Assembly (NCBI RefSeq): GCF_013167455.1
Contig: NZ_CP038328.1
Source of the DNA: Escherichia coli O157:H7
GTDB taxonomy: Bacteria; Pseudomonadota; Gammaproteobacteria; Enterobacterales; Enterobacteriaceae
Length of the DNA stretch: 64,000 nt
Strand: one strand, 5' to 3'
Shown here: positions 26,062 to 39,426 of the stretch, one piece after another
How the letters are laid out: each line of letters starts with the position of its first letter
Position numbering within the stretch: the stretch's first letter is position 1
The notes under the pieces: model-generated
What the model saw: the letters and a program-made list of their open reading frames with translations, nothing else
Told to the model about the DNA's origin: nothing
The model's database searches: none
Program-made: the position numbers and the translations under genes

Positions 26062-27021
26062 GTGGCACAACGAGATTATGTACGCCGCAGCCAACCGGCA
26101 CCTTCGCGGCGAAAAAAGAGCACCTCACGGAAAAAGCAACGAAATCTGCCTGCGGTTTCTCCCGCTATGGTCGCTATTGCTGCCGCCGTTCTTGTGACCT
26201 TTATCGGTGGTCTGTACTTCATTACGCATCACAAGAAAGAAGAGTCCGAGACGCTGCAAAGCCAGAAAGTGACCGGAAACGGACTACCACCAAAACCAGA
26301 AGAACGCTGGCGCTACATCAAAGAGCTGGAAAGTCGCCAGCCGGGTGTGCGTGCGCCCACAGAACCTTCTGCCGGTGGTGAAGTGAAAACGCCGGAGCAA
26401 CTGACACCAGAACAACGTCAGCTTCTTGAACAAATGCAGGCTGATATGCGCCAGCAGCCAACGCAGCTGGTTGAAGTTCCGTGGAATGAACAGACGCCGG
26501 AACAGCGTCAGCAAACGCTACAGCGCCAACGTCAGGCGCAGCAATTAGCGGAACAGCAACGCCTGGCTCAGCAGTCGCGTACGACTGAACAAAGCTGGCA
26601 GCAGCAGACGCGTACGTCGCAAGCCGCGCCGGTACAGGCGCAACCGCGCCAGTCTAAACCGGCTTCTACTCAGCAGCCGTACCAGGATCTGCTGCAAACC
26701 CCTGCGCACACGACCGCGCAGTCGAAGCCGCAGCAAGCTGCGCCGGTTACTCGTGCCGCTGACGCGCCAAAACCGACGGCGGAGAAAAAAGACGAACGCC
26801 GCTGGATGGTGCAGTGCGGTTCGTTCAGAGGCGCGGAACAGGCAGAGACGGTACGTGCTCAGCTGGCGTTCGAAGGCTTTGACTCAAAAATTACCACCAA
26901 CAATGGCTGGAATCGTGTGGTCATTGGCCCGGTGAAAGGCAAAGAGAACGCAGACAGCACCCTCAATCGGTTGAAGATGGCGGGTCATACAAACTGCATT
27001 CGGCTCGCCGCCGGGGGTTGA
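26062..27021 (+). CDS. ftsN: Cell division protein FtsN
   Basis: 319-aa ORF (GTG start) MAQRDYVRRSQPAPSRRKK..., single TM, Q-rich linker, C-terminal SPOR domain. Confidence 0.9.
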   Translation: MAQRDYVRRSQPAPSRRKKSTSRKKQRNLPAVSPAMVAIAAAVLVTFIGGLYFITHHKKEESETLQSQKVTGNGLPPKPEERWRYIKELESRQPGVRAPTEPSAGGEVKTPEQLTPEQRQLLEQMQADMRQQPTQLVEVPWNEQTPEQRQQTLQRQRQAQQLAEQQRLAQQSRTTEQSWQQQTRTSQAAPVQAQPRQSKPASTQQPYQDLLQTPAHTTAQSKPQQAAPVTRAADAPKPTAEKKDERRWMVQCGSFRGAEQAETVRAQLAFEGFDSKITTNNGWNRVVIGPVKGKENADSTLNRLKMAGHTNCIRLAAGG

Positions 27022-27045
27022 AACCCTCAAAATCCCCCCCATCTA
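27018..27045 (+). promoter_or_regulatory. Putative sigma-32 heat-shock promoter of hslVU
   Basis: ttgaaa (-35), 12-nt spacer, then cccccatct resembling the sigma-32 -10 consensus CCCCATnT; a hairpin ccccgtacttttgtacgggg follows in the leader. Confidence 0.55.
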
Positions 27046-27113
27046 TAATTGCATTATGCCCCGTACTTTTGTACGGGGTTTGTACTCTGTATTCGTAACC
27101 AAGGGGTCAGCTC

Positions 27114-27644
27114 GTGACAACTATAGTAAGCGTACGCCGTAACGGCCATGTGGTCATCGCTGGTGATGGTCAGGCCACGTTGGGCAATACCGTAATGAAA
27201 GGCAACGTGAAAAAGGTCCGCCGTCTGTACAACGACAAAGTCATCGCGGGCTTTGCGGGCGGTACTGCGGATGCTTTTACGCTGTTCGAACTGTTTGAAC
27301 GTAAACTGGAAATGCATCAGGGCCATCTGGTCAAAGCCGCCGTTGAGCTGGCAAAAGACTGGCGTACCGATCGCATGTTGCGCAAACTTGAAGCACTGCT
27401 GGCAGTCGCGGATGAAACTGCATCGCTTATCATCACCGGTAACGGTGACGTGGTGCAGCCAGAAAACGATCTTATTGCTATCGGCTCCGGCGGCCCTTAC
27501 GCCCAGGCTGCGGCGCGTGCACTGTTAGAAAATACTGAACTTAGTGCTCGTGAAATTGCTGAAAAGGCGTTGGATATTGCAGGCGACATTTGCATCTATA
27601 CCAACCATTTCCACACCATCGAAGAATTAAGCTACAAAGCGTAA
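27114..27644 (+). CDS. hslV: ATP-dependent protease subunit HslV
   Basis: 176-aa ORF (GTG start) [31 protein letters not shown]... Confidence 0.95.
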
Positions 27645-27653
27645 GGATCTCCC

Positions 27654-28985
27654 ATGTCTGAAATGACCCCACGCGAAATCGTCAGCGAACTGGATAAGCA
27701 CATCATCGGCCAGGACAACGCCAAGCGTTCCGTGGCGATTGCTCTGCGTAACCGCTGGCGTCGCATGCAGCTCAACGAAGAGCTGCGCCATGAAGTGACC
27801 CCGAAAAATATCCTGATGATCGGCCCGACCGGTGTCGGTAAAACTGAAATCGCCCGTCGTCTGGCTAAGCTGGCGAATGCGCCGTTCATCAAAGTTGAAG
27901 CGACCAAATTCACCGAAGTGGGCTACGTCGGTAAGGAAGTGGATTCTATTATTCGCGATCTGACCGATGCCGCCGTGAAAATGGTACGCGTCCAGGCTAT
28001 CGAGAAAAACCGTTATCGCGCTGAAGAACTGGCAGAAGAACGTATTCTCGACGTGCTGATCCCACCTGCTAAAAACAACTGGGGACAGACCGAACAGCAG
28101 CAGGAACCGTCCGCTGCTCGTCAGGCATTCCGCAAAAAACTGCGTGAAGGCCAGCTTGATGACAAAGAAATCGAGATCGATCTTGCCGCAGCACCGATGG
28201 GCGTTGAAATTATGGCTCCTCCAGGCATGGAAGAGATGACCAGCCAGCTGCAGTCCATGTTCCAGAACCTGGGCGGTCAGAAGCAAAAAGCGCGTAAGCT
28301 GAAAATCAAAGACGCCATGAAGCTGCTGATTGAAGAAGAAGCGGCGAAACTGGTGAACCCGGAAGAGCTGAAGCAAGACGCTATCGACGCTGTTGAGCAG
28401 CACGGGATCGTGTTTATCGACGAAATCGACAAAATCTGTAAGCGCGGCGAGTCTTCCGGTCCGGATGTTTCTCGTGAAGGCGTTCAGCGAGACCTGCTGC
28501 CGCTGGTAGAAGGTTGCACCGTTTCCACCAAACACGGGATGGTCAAAACTGACCACATTCTGTTTATCGCTTCTGGCGCGTTCCAGATTGCGAAACCGTC
28601 TGACCTGATCCCGGAACTGCAAGGTCGACTGCCAATCCGCGTTGAACTGCAGGCACTGACCACCAGCGACTTCGAGCGTATTCTGACCGAGCCGAATGCC
28701 TCTATCACCGTGCAGTACAAAGCACTGATGGCGACTGAAGGCGTAAATATCGAGTTTACCGACTCCGGTATTAAACGCATCGCGGAAGCGGCATGGCAGG
28801 TGAACGAATCTACCGAAAACATCGGTGCTCGTCGTTTACACACTGTTCTGGAGCGTTTAATGGAAGAGATTTCCTACGACGCCAGCGATTTAAGCGGTCA
28901 AAATATCACTATTGACGCAGATTATGTGAGCAAACATCTGGATGCGTTGGTGGCAGATGAAGATCTGAGCCGTTTTATCCTATAA
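27654..28985 (+). CDS. hslU: ATP-dependent protease ATPase subunit HslU
   Basis: 443-aa [40 protein letters not shown]..., Walker A GPTGVGKT. Confidence 0.95.
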
Positions 28986-29013
28986 TCGCGTTCAATCATT
29001 TTCATCATTGTTT

Positions 29014-29040
29014 GATGGGGCTGAAAGGCCCCATTTTTAT
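29014..29040 (+). terminator. Intrinsic terminator of hslVU
   Basis: ggggctgaaaggcccc hairpin followed by tttttatt. Confidence 0.7.
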
Positions 29041-29051
29041 TGGCGCGTATT

Positions 29052-29978
29052 ATGACTGAACAACAAATTAGCCGAACTCAGGCGTGGCTGGAAAGTTTAC
29101 GACCTAAAACCCTCCCCCTCGCCTTTGCTGCAATTATCGTCGGGACGGCGCTGGCATGGTGGCAAGGTCATTTTGATCCGCTGGTCGCCCTGCTGGCACT
29201 GATTACCGCCGGGCTATTACAGATCCTTTCTAACCTCGCCAATGATTACGGCGATGCGGTAAAAGGCAGCGATAAACCTGACCGTATCGGACCGCTACGC
29301 GGCATGCAAAAAGGGGTCATTACCCAGCAAGAGATGAAACGGGCGCTCATTATTACCGTCGTGCTCATCTGTCTCTCCGGGCTGGCACTGGTTGCAGTGG
29401 CGTGCCATACGCTGGCCGATTTTGTCGGTTTCCTGATTCTTGGCGGGTTGTCGATCATTGCCGCTATCACCTACACCGTGGGCAATCGTCCTTATGGTTA
29501 TATCGGTCTGGGTGATATTTCCGTACTGGTTTTCTTTGGCTGGTTAAGCGTCATGGGGAGCTGGTATTTACAGGCTCATACATTGATTCCGGCACTGATC
29601 CTTCCGGCGACCGCATGCGGCCTGCTGGCAACGGCAGTACTGAACATTAATAACCTGCGTGATATCAATAGCGACCGCGAAAACGGCAAAAACACGCTGG
29701 TGGTGCGCTTAGGTGAAGTGAACGCGCGTCGTTATCATGCCTGCCTGCTGATGGGCTCTCTGGTATGTCTGGCGCTGTTTAATCTCTTTTCGCTGCATAG
29801 CCTGTGGGGCTGGCTGTTCCTGCTGGCGGCACCGTTGCTGGTGAAGCAAGCCCGTTATGTGATGCGGGAAATGGACCCGGTGGCGATGCGACCGATGCTG
29901 GAACGCACTGTCAAGGGAGCGTTACTGACTAACCTGCTGTTTGTTGTAGGGATATTCCTAAGCCAGTGGGCAGCATAA
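29052..29978 (+). CDS. menA: 1,4-dihydroxy-2-naphthoate octaprenyltransferase
   Basis: Start trimmed to MTEQQISRTQAWLESLRPKTLPLAF (308 aa); UbiA-family prenyltransferase motifs (NDYGD). Confidence 0.9.
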   Translation: MTEQQISRTQAWLESLRPKTLPLAFAAIIVGTALAWWQGHFDPLVALLALITAGLLQILSNLANDYGDAVKGSDKPDRIGPLRGMQKGVITQQEMKRALIITVVLICLSGLALVAVACHTLADFVGFLILGGLSIIAAITYTVGNRPYGYIGLGDISVLVFFGWLSVMGSWYLQAHTLIPALILPATACGLLATAVLNINNLRDINSDRENGKNTLVVRLGEVNARRYHACLLMGSLVCLALFNLFSLHSLWGWLFLLAAPLLVKQARYVMREMDPVAMRPMLERTVKGALLTNLLFVVGIFLSQWAA

Positions 29979-30070
29979 CTGACAAATATCAATTAACAAT
30001 TGATGATTTTGCCAACAGACCACATAGCGCGATATACTGAAAATTCTCGCAGCAACTGAATGTTAAGCCT

Positions 30071-30556
30071 ATGAAATACGATACTTCCGAGCTTTGTGAC
30101 ATCTATCAAGAAGATGTTAACGTCGTGGAACCGCTGTTCTCCAACTTTGGCGGACGGGCGTCGTTTGGCGGACAAATAATCACGGTAAAATGTTTCGAGG
30201 ACAACGGGTTGCTGTACGATCTGCTCGAACAGAATGGCCGTGGTCGTGTTCTTGTCGTCGATGGCGGTGGTTCTGTTCGTCGCGCACTGGTCGATGCTGA
30301 ACTGGCGCGTCTGGCAGTACAAAATGAATGGGAAGGTCTGGTCATTTACGGCGCGGTGCGTCAGGTAGATGACCTGGAAGAGTTGGATATCGGCATCCAG
30401 GCGATGGCGGCAATTCCGGTTGGTGCCGCTGGCGAAGGCATTGGCGAAAGCGATGTCCGCGTCAATTTTGGCGGTGTTACCTTCTTCTCCGGCGACCATC
30501 TTTATGCCGACAATACCGGGATTATTCTTTCAGAAGATCCGCTGGATATTGAATAA
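30071..30556 (+). CDS. rraA: RNase E inhibitor RraA
   Basis: 161-aa [49 protein letters not shown]... Confidence 0.95.
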
Positions 30557-30572
30557 GTATCTGCCATGCGTT

Positions 30573-30600
30573 AAAAGGGGAATTAAATTCCCCTTTTTTA
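30573..30600 (+). terminator. Intrinsic terminator of rraA
   Basis: aaaaggggaattaaattcccctttttta, a perfect hairpin with flanking A/T runs. Confidence 0.75.
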
Positions 30601-30603
30601 TAC

Positions 30604-31290
30604 ATGGACGTATTCATGCAGAATATTATTCTTTTATTTATATATTTATTACTTATAGCCGTTAACCATTTCCGCTACAAATTTCTTTTATCTGGCAACG
30701 CGGGTGAAATGATTTTATATTTTGCTAACGTATTTTTTAACCCACTTGCCTTATCATTTATTATCGCCACAATCATCTGTATAACGATAAAAAAAAGAAG
30801 CAGCCGCAGCTTTATTCGCGGCACTTGTTGGTTAATGGGATTATTTCTTATCTATAGCAGCTATACGGTGTGGGAACGACACAGCATATGGGATTATACT
30901 TTCCCGGAGCCAGGTATCACCGTCACGGTTCCGAGCAAACAGTGGGTTGCCAATATAGTAAAACAAGGACCAACCCTGGTGACCCGGGATGCCCATGCTA
31001 TTTTAGCTATTGTTGCCTTCTCACAAAATGAACTCGGTGTGCATTCAATCGAGGAACTTACCGCGACTCAAAACGGAACTGCAGAAATGCATGTTTGTGA
31101 TGTTCAGGGATTTGCCTGCGCTTATCAGGAAGGAGTGCAAACAATGAGTGATGGCAAAGTAAGACATGCTATTTTCATGACTCTACTGGATAACACTAAT
31201 TTGATACAACTGGTCGCAGCTATCGACCCAGATTATTTGGACGAATATCAAGAAGAAGTAATGAAAATGATGCTTTCTGCTCGTCAATGA
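30604..31290 (+). CDS. Hypothetical membrane-anchored protein, paralog 1 (unknown function)
   Basis: 228-aa ORF (alternative start at 30616) with about 3 N-terminal TM helices and a roughly 140-aa soluble domain; alignable with the downstream ORF (FIRGTCW/FTRGCCW, W-YTF...I(T/S)VTVP, C-x6-C-xYQ, C-terminal (K/E)(M/I)MLSA). Confidence 0.7.
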   Translation: MDVFMQNIILLFIYLLLIAVNHFRYKFLLSGNAGEMILYFANVFFNPLALSFIIATIICITIKKRSSRSFIRGTCWLMGLFLIYSSYTVWERHSIWDYTFPEPGITVTVPSKQWVANIVKQGPTLVTRDAHAILAIVAFSQNELGVHSIEELTATQNGTAEMHVCDVQGFACAYQEGVQTMSDGKVRHAIFMTLLDNTNLIQLVAAIDPDYLDEYQEEVMKMMLSARQ

Positions 31291-31322
31291 TCTGATGTGC
31301 ATGTTAATAATAATGGATTGAT

Positions 31323-32039
31323 ATGAGATACGTTATCTTATTAATACTATGGATAATAACTGTTTTTCTTAGTCATCTTCAGCACAGTAACTTGCTTACT
31401 GGAGATCCAGGGATGGTTGGCGAGTATATCGGTTCAGTACTTCTTGGACCGTTATTACTTCCCGTGCTTGTGTCAGGTATTCTGTGCACATTCACTAAAA
31501 AAACGCGTAACTTCGCCAGTTTTACTCGCGGGTGCTGTTGGGTATTGGGAGTCCTGCTTTTATCCAACGTCGGCAATACGTTTCGTCTGTTCACCCCGTG
31601 GCACTATACGTTTGAGAAGGCAGCTATTTCCGTGACTGTCCCAAACCGACACTGGAATACGGTTTCTATTAGTACTGATAAAACCATTGATATAAGAAGT
31701 GAAGATAATAGCGTCTTTATTTCTGCTTTCCGCCTGCCCGCAGGACGTAGCGCCGATGACTCGCTGGAAGAGTTAAAGAAGATGCAGCGAGACAATCTCA
31801 AGGATCAATACAATGAAGAAACCTTCCAGTTTCATGATTGTAATGCCAAACATTTCACCTGTAAGTATCAGGATGTGTTGATAAATTTTGATGGTCAGCA
31901 GAAAAGAACCATCAGTGTTTATCTTGAAGACACCCCCAGGGCTGTGGGGATCATTGCATTAATGGAGCCAGATACGGCAGATAAATATCGCCAACAGGCG
32001 ATGGAGATTATGTTGTCTGCTAAAAATACAGTGAAGTAA
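31323..32039 (+). CDS. Hypothetical membrane-anchored protein, paralog 2 (unknown function)
   Basis: 238-aa ORF MRYVILLILWIITVFLSHL... with the same TM plus soluble-domain architecture and shared motifs as the upstream ORF. Confidence 0.7.
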   Translation: MRYVILLILWIITVFLSHLQHSNLLTGDPGMVGEYIGSVLLGPLLLPVLVSGILCTFTKKTRNFASFTRGCCWVLGVLLLSNVGNTFRLFTPWHYTFEKAAISVTVPNRHWNTVSISTDKTIDIRSEDNSVFISAFRLPAGRSADDSLEELKKMQRDNLKDQYNEETFQFHDCNAKHFTCKYQDVLINFDGQQKRTISVYLEDTPRAVGIIALMEPDTADKYRQQAMEIMLSAKNTVK

Positions 32040-32044
32040 AAAAT

Positions 32045-32063
32045 AAGGCGCCTTGCGGCGCCT
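32045..32063. terminator. Bidirectional intrinsic terminator between paralog 2 and zapB
   Basis: aaggcgccttgcggcgcct hairpin lying between the convergent paralog-2 and zapB stops. Confidence 0.6.
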
Positions 32064-32077
32064 CTGCGTGGAAGAGA

Positions 32078-32386
<309 letters not shown>

Positions 32387-32748
32387 TTAATAAATACGAG
32401 CGCACTTTAGTTAGCTCCGATTGTATGAAGCCGCGCCATCGCTGTCCAGCGGCACGCCTTGCAGATTACGGTTTGCCACACTTTTCATCCTTCTCCTGGT
32501 GACATAATCCACACCAATCGAAAATGTTAATAAATTTGTTGCGCGAATGTTCTAACAAACATGCATCATGTACAATCAGATGGAATAAATGGCGCGATAA
32601 CGCTCATTTTATGACGAAGCACACACATTTTAAGTTCGATATTTCTCGTTTTTGCTCGTTAACGATAAGTTTACAGCATGCCTACAAGCATCGTGGAGGT
32701 CCGTGACTTTCACGCATACAACAAACATTAACTCTTCAGGATCCGATT

Positions 32749-35125
<2,377 letters not shown>

Positions 35126-35146
35126 TGTCAGGCACCTGAATCGATT

Positions 35147-35252
35147 GCCTGATGCTGATCGCCTGATGCGACGCTTACGCGTCTTATCAGGCCTACGAGC
35201 CAATGCCATTTTGTGTAGGCGGGATAAGGCGTTCACGCCGCATCCGGCATCA
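35147..35252. repeat. REP/BIME palindromic elements downstream of glpK
   Basis: gcctgatgcgacgcttacgcgtcttatcaggcctac and ggcgggataaggcgttcacgccgcatccggca REP units. Confidence 0.8.
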
Positions 35253-35354
35253 CGCAGACTCTGAAACCGTGCGGGGGCAACCCCGCACACATCAATAATC
35301 CCACCCTTCCCCTGTGCTACACTTCGCGCCATTCCTTACTGCTTAGAGTTTGCT

Positions 35355-36365
35355 ATGAGACGAGAACTTGCCATCGAATTTTCCCGCGTCACCGAATCTG
35401 CGGCGCTGGCTGGCTACAAATGGTTAGGACGCGGCGATAAAAACACCGCGGACGGCGCGGCGGTAAACGCCATGCGTATTATGCTCAACCAGGTCAACAT
35501 TGACGGCACCATCGTCATTGGTGAAGGTGAAATCGACGAAGCACCGATGCTCTACATTGGTGAAAAAGTCGGTACTGGTCGCGGCGACGCGGTAGATATT
35601 GCTGTTGATCCGATTGAAGGCACGCGCATGACGGCGATGGGTCAGGCTAACTCGCTGGCGGTGCTGGCAGTAGGCGATAAAGGCTGTTTCCTCAACGCGC
35701 CAGATATGTATATGGAGAAGCTGATCGTCGGACCGGGAGCCAAAGGCACCATTGATCTGAACCTGCCGCTGGCGGATAACCTGCGCAATGTCGCGGCGGC
35801 GCTCGGCAAACCGTTGAGCGAACTGACGGTAACGATTCTGGCTAAACCACGCCACGATGCCGTTATCGCTGAAATGCAGCAACTCGGCGTACGCGTATTT
35901 GCTATTCCGGATGGCGACGTTGCGGCCTCAATTCTCACCTGTATGCCAGACAGCGAAGTTGACGTGCTGTACGGAATTGGTGGCGCGCCGGAAGGCGTGG
36001 TTTCTGCGGCGGTGATCCGCGCATTAGATGGCGACATGAACGGTCGTCTGCTGGCGCGTCATGACGTCAAAGGCGACAACGAAGAGAATCGTCGCATTGG
36101 CGAGCAGGAGCTGGCACGCTGCAAAGCGATGGGCATCGAATCCGGTAAAGTATTGCGTCTGGGCGATATGGCGCGCAGCGATAACGTCATCTTCTCTGCC
36201 ACCGGTATTACCAAAGGCGATCTGCTGGAAGGCATTAGCCGCAAAGGCAATATCGCGACTACCGAAACGCTGCTGATCCGCGGCAAATCACGCACCATTC
36301 GCCGCATTCAGTCTATCCACTATCTGGATCGCAAAGACCCGGAAATGCAGGTGCACATCCTCTGA
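35355..36365 (+). CDS. glpX: Fructose-1,6-bisphosphatase class II
   Basis: 336-aa ORF MRRELAIEFSRVTESAALAGYKWLGRGDKN... Confidence 0.95.
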   Translation: MRRELAIEFSRVTESAALAGYKWLGRGDKNTADGAAVNAMRIMLNQVNIDGTIVIGEGEIDEAPMLYIGEKVGTGRGDAVDIAVDPIEGTRMTAMGQANSLAVLAVGDKGCFLNAPDMYMEKLIVGPGAKGTIDLNLPLADNLRNVAAALGKPLSELTVTILAKPRHDAVIAEMQQLGVRVFAIPDGDVAASILTCMPDSEVDVLYGIGGAPEGVVSAAVIRALDGDMNGRLLARHDVKGDNEENRRIGEQELARCKAMGIESGKVLRLGDMARSDNVIFSATGITKGDLLEGISRKGNIATTETLLIRGKSRTIRRIQSIHYLDRKDPEMQVHIL

Positions 36366-36385
36366 TTGATTTGATCGATTGAGCC

Positions 36386-36413
36386 TTCCAGTCCTTCGGG
36401 ACTGGAATTTTTT
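36386..36413 (+). terminator. Intrinsic terminator of glpX
   Basis: tccagtccttcgggactgga hairpin followed by a T8 run. Confidence 0.75.
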
Positions 36414-36461
36414 TGTTCGGAGAACGAAGATAAGGCAATTCAATCAAAACAGGAGAAAAAC

Positions 36462-37208
36462 ATGGCTGATTGGGTAACAGGCAAAGTCACTAAAGTGCAG
36501 AACTGGACCGACGCCCTGTTTAGTCTCACCGTTCACGCCCCTGTGCATCCGTTTACCGCCGGGCAATTTACCAAGCTTGGCCTTGAAATCGACGGCGAAC
36601 GCGTCCAACGCGCCTACTCCTATGTTAACTCGCCCGATAATCCCGATCTGGAGTTTTACCTGGTCACCGTCCCCGATGGCAAATTAAGCCCACGATTGGC
36701 GGCACTGAAACCGGGCGATGAAGTGCAGGTGGTTAGCGAAGCAGCTGGCTTCTTTGTTCTGGATGAAGTACCAGATTGCGAAACGCTATGGATGCTGGCA
36801 ACCGGTACAGCGATTGGCCCTTATTTATCGATTCTGCAACTAGGTAAAGATTTAGATCGCTTCAAAAATCTGGTCCTGGTTCACGCCGCACGTTATGCCG
36901 CCGACTTAAGCTATTTGCCACTGATGCAAGAACTGGAAAAACGCTACGAAGGCAAACTGCGCATTCAGACGGTGGTCAGTCGGGAAACGGCAGCGGGGTC
37001 GCTCACCGGACGGATACCGGCATTAATTGAAAGTGGTGAACTGGAAAGCGCGATTGGCCTGCCGATGAATAAAGAAACCAGCCATGTGATGCTGTGCGGC
37101 AATCCACAGATGGTGCGCGATACGCAACAGTTGCTGAAAGAGACCCGGCAGATGACGAAACATTTACGTCGCCGACCGGGTCACATGACAGCGGAGCATT
37201 ACTGGTAA
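36462..37208 (+). CDS. fpr: Ferredoxin/flavodoxin-NADP+ reductase
   Basis: 248-aa ORF MADWVTGKVTKVQNWTDALFSLTVHAPV... Confidence 0.95.
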   Translation: MADWVTGKVTKVQNWTDALFSLTVHAPVHPFTAGQFTKLGLEIDGERVQRAYSYVNSPDNPDLEFYLVTVPDGKLSPRLAALKPGDEVQVVSEAAGFFVLDEVPDCETLWMLATGTAIGPYLSILQLGKDLDRFKNLVLVHAARYAADLSYLPLMQELEKRYEGKLRIQTVVSRETAAGSLTGRIPALIESGELESAIGLPMNKETSHVMLCGNPQMVRDTQQLLKETRQMTKHLRRRPGHMTAEHYW

Positions 37209-37212
37209 GCGG

Positions 37213-37641
37213 TTACTTATCGATAAACGGCACGATGAGCAAATCCGCACTCAACTTATTGATCATCCCGCGATATGCCGGCATCAAACGGTTGATAAAT
37301 GAGTGGTGATGACCACAGACAAGGAGGTCGCACTGCTCTTTTTGCATAATTTCCAGCAGTGTTTCCGGCATTTCTCCGCGTTCAATACGCAGTTTTGTCT
37401 TCGGCCATTGAATATTTTTCGTCAGTTTATACAGCTTGTTATCCGACTTATTCTTCAACAATTGAAGAATATCTTCTGTTGCAGGGAAGTAGATACCCGG
37501 ATACAACTCGCTTAAGCCATCATCAATATGAATTAACGTCAGGTGAGCGTCATTATGTCTGGCGAGCTCCAAGGCTTTATTCACCAGTAAGGCATCTTCT
37601 TCATTCCCGGAAATTGCCACGCCAATGTGTTTATAAGCCAT
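37213..37641 (-). CDS. uspD: Universal stress protein D
   Basis: 142-aa [30 protein letters not shown]... Confidence 0.9.
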   Translation of the reverse strand: MAYKHIGVAISGNEEDALLVNKALELARHNDAHLTLIHIDDGLSELYPGIYFPATEDILQLLKNKSDNKLYKLTKNIQWPKTKLRIERGEMPETLLEIMQKEQCDLLVCGHHHSFINRLMPAYRGMINKLSADLLIVPFIDK

Positions 37642-37667
37642 GTTTAACTCCTTCTAAAGCAACTCCA

Positions 37668-37967
37668 TCAAGCTAACGAACGCAGTGATAACTCAAAAAT
37701 AATCATCTCGGCCTGGCATGAGAAGGTGAAGGCCGCATCAAGCTCAACTTGCCCCTCCAGATCCTTAATCTTATAGGCCACGCTGGCCCCTTCATCTGCA
37801 GAGGATGCAGCGGCGGCAAGCTCTTTCAGTTTGGTCATAAAGGACTCTGCTTCTTCGCGGGTGGCAAAAAAGCGCGAAAACTTACTGGTACAGTTGTCGT
37901 TATCAATCACCGTACCGATATCAATCGCACATCCTTTAGTACTGCATTTATCTACGACATCTTTCAT
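37668..37967 (-). CDS. yiiS: DUF406/UPF0381-family small protein
   Basis: 99-aa [21 protein letters not shown]...; synteny. Confidence 0.8.
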   Translation of the reverse strand: MKDVVDKCSTKGCAIDIGTVIDNDNCTSKFSRFFATREEAESFMTKLKELAAAASSADEGASVAYKIKDLEGQVELDAAFTFSCQAEMIIFELSLRSLA

Positions 37968-38178
37968 AGGGCACCTCTGTATATTCGCCTCTCTGTCGAT
38001 TACGACTTAAGAATAATGCGCCGTTAAGGGAAGAACAAACAAGTAATGATCTTATGGATTACCATTTTTTTTGATATTGCGTAAGGTGAAGAGTTCAGAA
38101 GGATTTTCCGGGTATTGTCATTTGCATCGTGGAAATAACAATCCCGGAAAAAAATAGCAGTAAGAGATATATTAAAGG

Positions 38179-38619
38179 TTAATTACTTGATTTATTGTCG
38201 GCTTTATACTTCACATCCTGAGTATCTTTACCATATTTATTTTCGCCTTGTGTGCCAACAAACGCACCAAGATCGATAAGCATCATCACCAGAATCAACG
38301 TCGGGACAAAACGCCCTACCGCCCATTGCCAGACACCCGGTAAAATCGCCCAGTTACCCGCCAGTAGCATCCACGCCACAATCATCAGAAATGCCCATGC
38401 GCCGGAACGCCCGCGATCATGCAAGCGCTTAACGGTTACTGCCGCTGTTGGCCAGAGCAAGCACACAAGGCAAAACGCCGCGGTCTGAATATCGAGTAAA
38501 TTTTTACCCGCCAGTGAGAAAAGCACCAGCATGCCTGCGAACCACAGGCCTATCCAAATCCAGAAATCACGGCGTCCAATACGCCCTTTAAATGAGAATA
38601 ACCATTGCTGTATGGTCAT
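38179..38619 (-). CDS. yiiR: DUF805-family inner membrane protein
   Basis: 146-aa ORF MTIQQWLFSFKGRIGRRDFWIW...; synteny. Confidence 0.8.
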   Translation of the reverse strand: MTIQQWLFSFKGRIGRRDFWIWIGLWFAGMLVLFSLAGKNLLDIQTAAFCLVCLLWPTAAVTVKRLHDRGRSGAWAFLMIVAWMLLAGNWAILPGVWQWAVGRFVPTLILVMMLIDLGAFVGTQGENKYGKDTQDVKYKADNKSSN

Positions 38620-38719
38620 GTAAGTTCCTTGATGGTTGTCTTTTCCAGGATTCTACCCTTTTGACAAGGGCGACAGATATCGTTTTAATCGGAGCCAGTC
38701 ATAACAAAAGGTACTGTCA

Positions 38720-39319
38720 ATGAAGCCAGGGTGTACGCTGTTTTTTCTCTTATGTTCTGCATTAACCGTTACAACAACGGCGCATGCACAAACACCAGAT
38801 ACGGCAACGACCGCGCCTTATCTGCTGGCTGGAGCCCCTACTTTCGATCTCTCCATCAGCCAGTTTCGAGAAGACTTTAACAGCCAGAATCCCAGCCTGC
38901 CACTGAACGAATTTCGTGCCATCGACAGCAGTCCCGACAAAGCCAATCTCACTCGTGCTGCCAGTAAAATTAACGAGAACTTGTATGCTTCTACAGCGCT
39001 GGAGCGCGGTACCTTAAAAATCAAAAGCATTCAAATGACATGGCTACCCATCCAGGGGCCAGAGCAAAAAGCCGCGAAAGCGAAAGCTCAGGAATACATG
39101 GCAGCGGTGATCCGCACACTCACCCCATTAATGACCAAAACACAAAGCCAGAAAAAACTGCAGTCGCTACTAACGGCGGGGAAAAACAAACGTTATTACA
39201 CCGAGACAGAAGGTGCACTGCGCTATGTTGTCGCGGACAACGGCGAAAAGGGGCTGACCTTCGCTGTTGAACCGATTAAGCTGGCGCTATCTGAATCGCT
39301 TGAAGGTTTGAATAAATGA
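38720..39319 (+). CDS. yiiQ: DUF1454-family periplasmic protein
   Basis: 199-aa ORF with signal peptide MKPGCTLFFLLCSALTVTTTAHA; synteny. Confidence 0.8.
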   Translation: MKPGCTLFFLLCSALTVTTTAHAQTPDTATTAPYLLAGAPTFDLSISQFREDFNSQNPSLPLNEFRAIDSSPDKANLTRAASKINENLYASTALERGTLKIKSIQMTWLPIQGPEQKAAKAKAQEYMAAVIRTLTPLMTKTQSQKKLQSLLTAGKNKRYYTETEGALRYVVADNGEKGLTFAVEPIKLALSESLEGLNK

Positions 39320-39426
39320 CAAAAAGCAAAGCCTTTGTGCCGATGAATCTCTATACTGTTTCACAGACCTGCTGCCCTGCGGGGCGGCCATCTTCCTTTA
39401 TTCGCTTATAAGCGTGGAGAATTAAA

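Larger units (their letters stand above)
30601..32045. other. AT-rich strain-specific islet between rraA and zapB carrying two tandem paralogous genes
   Basis: The two ORFs and flanking sequence are markedly AT-rich compared with rraA and zapB; K-12 has rraA and zapB adjacent as I recall. Confidence 0.6.

Noticed and set aside
26400-26760. Repetitive Gln/Arg-rich coding sequence (QRQ-type repeats) in ftsN, considered as a possible tandem repeat or low-complexity element
   Set aside because: This is the known Q-rich periplasmic linker of FtsN, not a separate repeat element.
27627-28622. 331-aa minus-strand ORF antisense to hslU
   Set aside because: It is fully contained within the well-supported hslU gene on the opposite strand, so it is a frame artefact.
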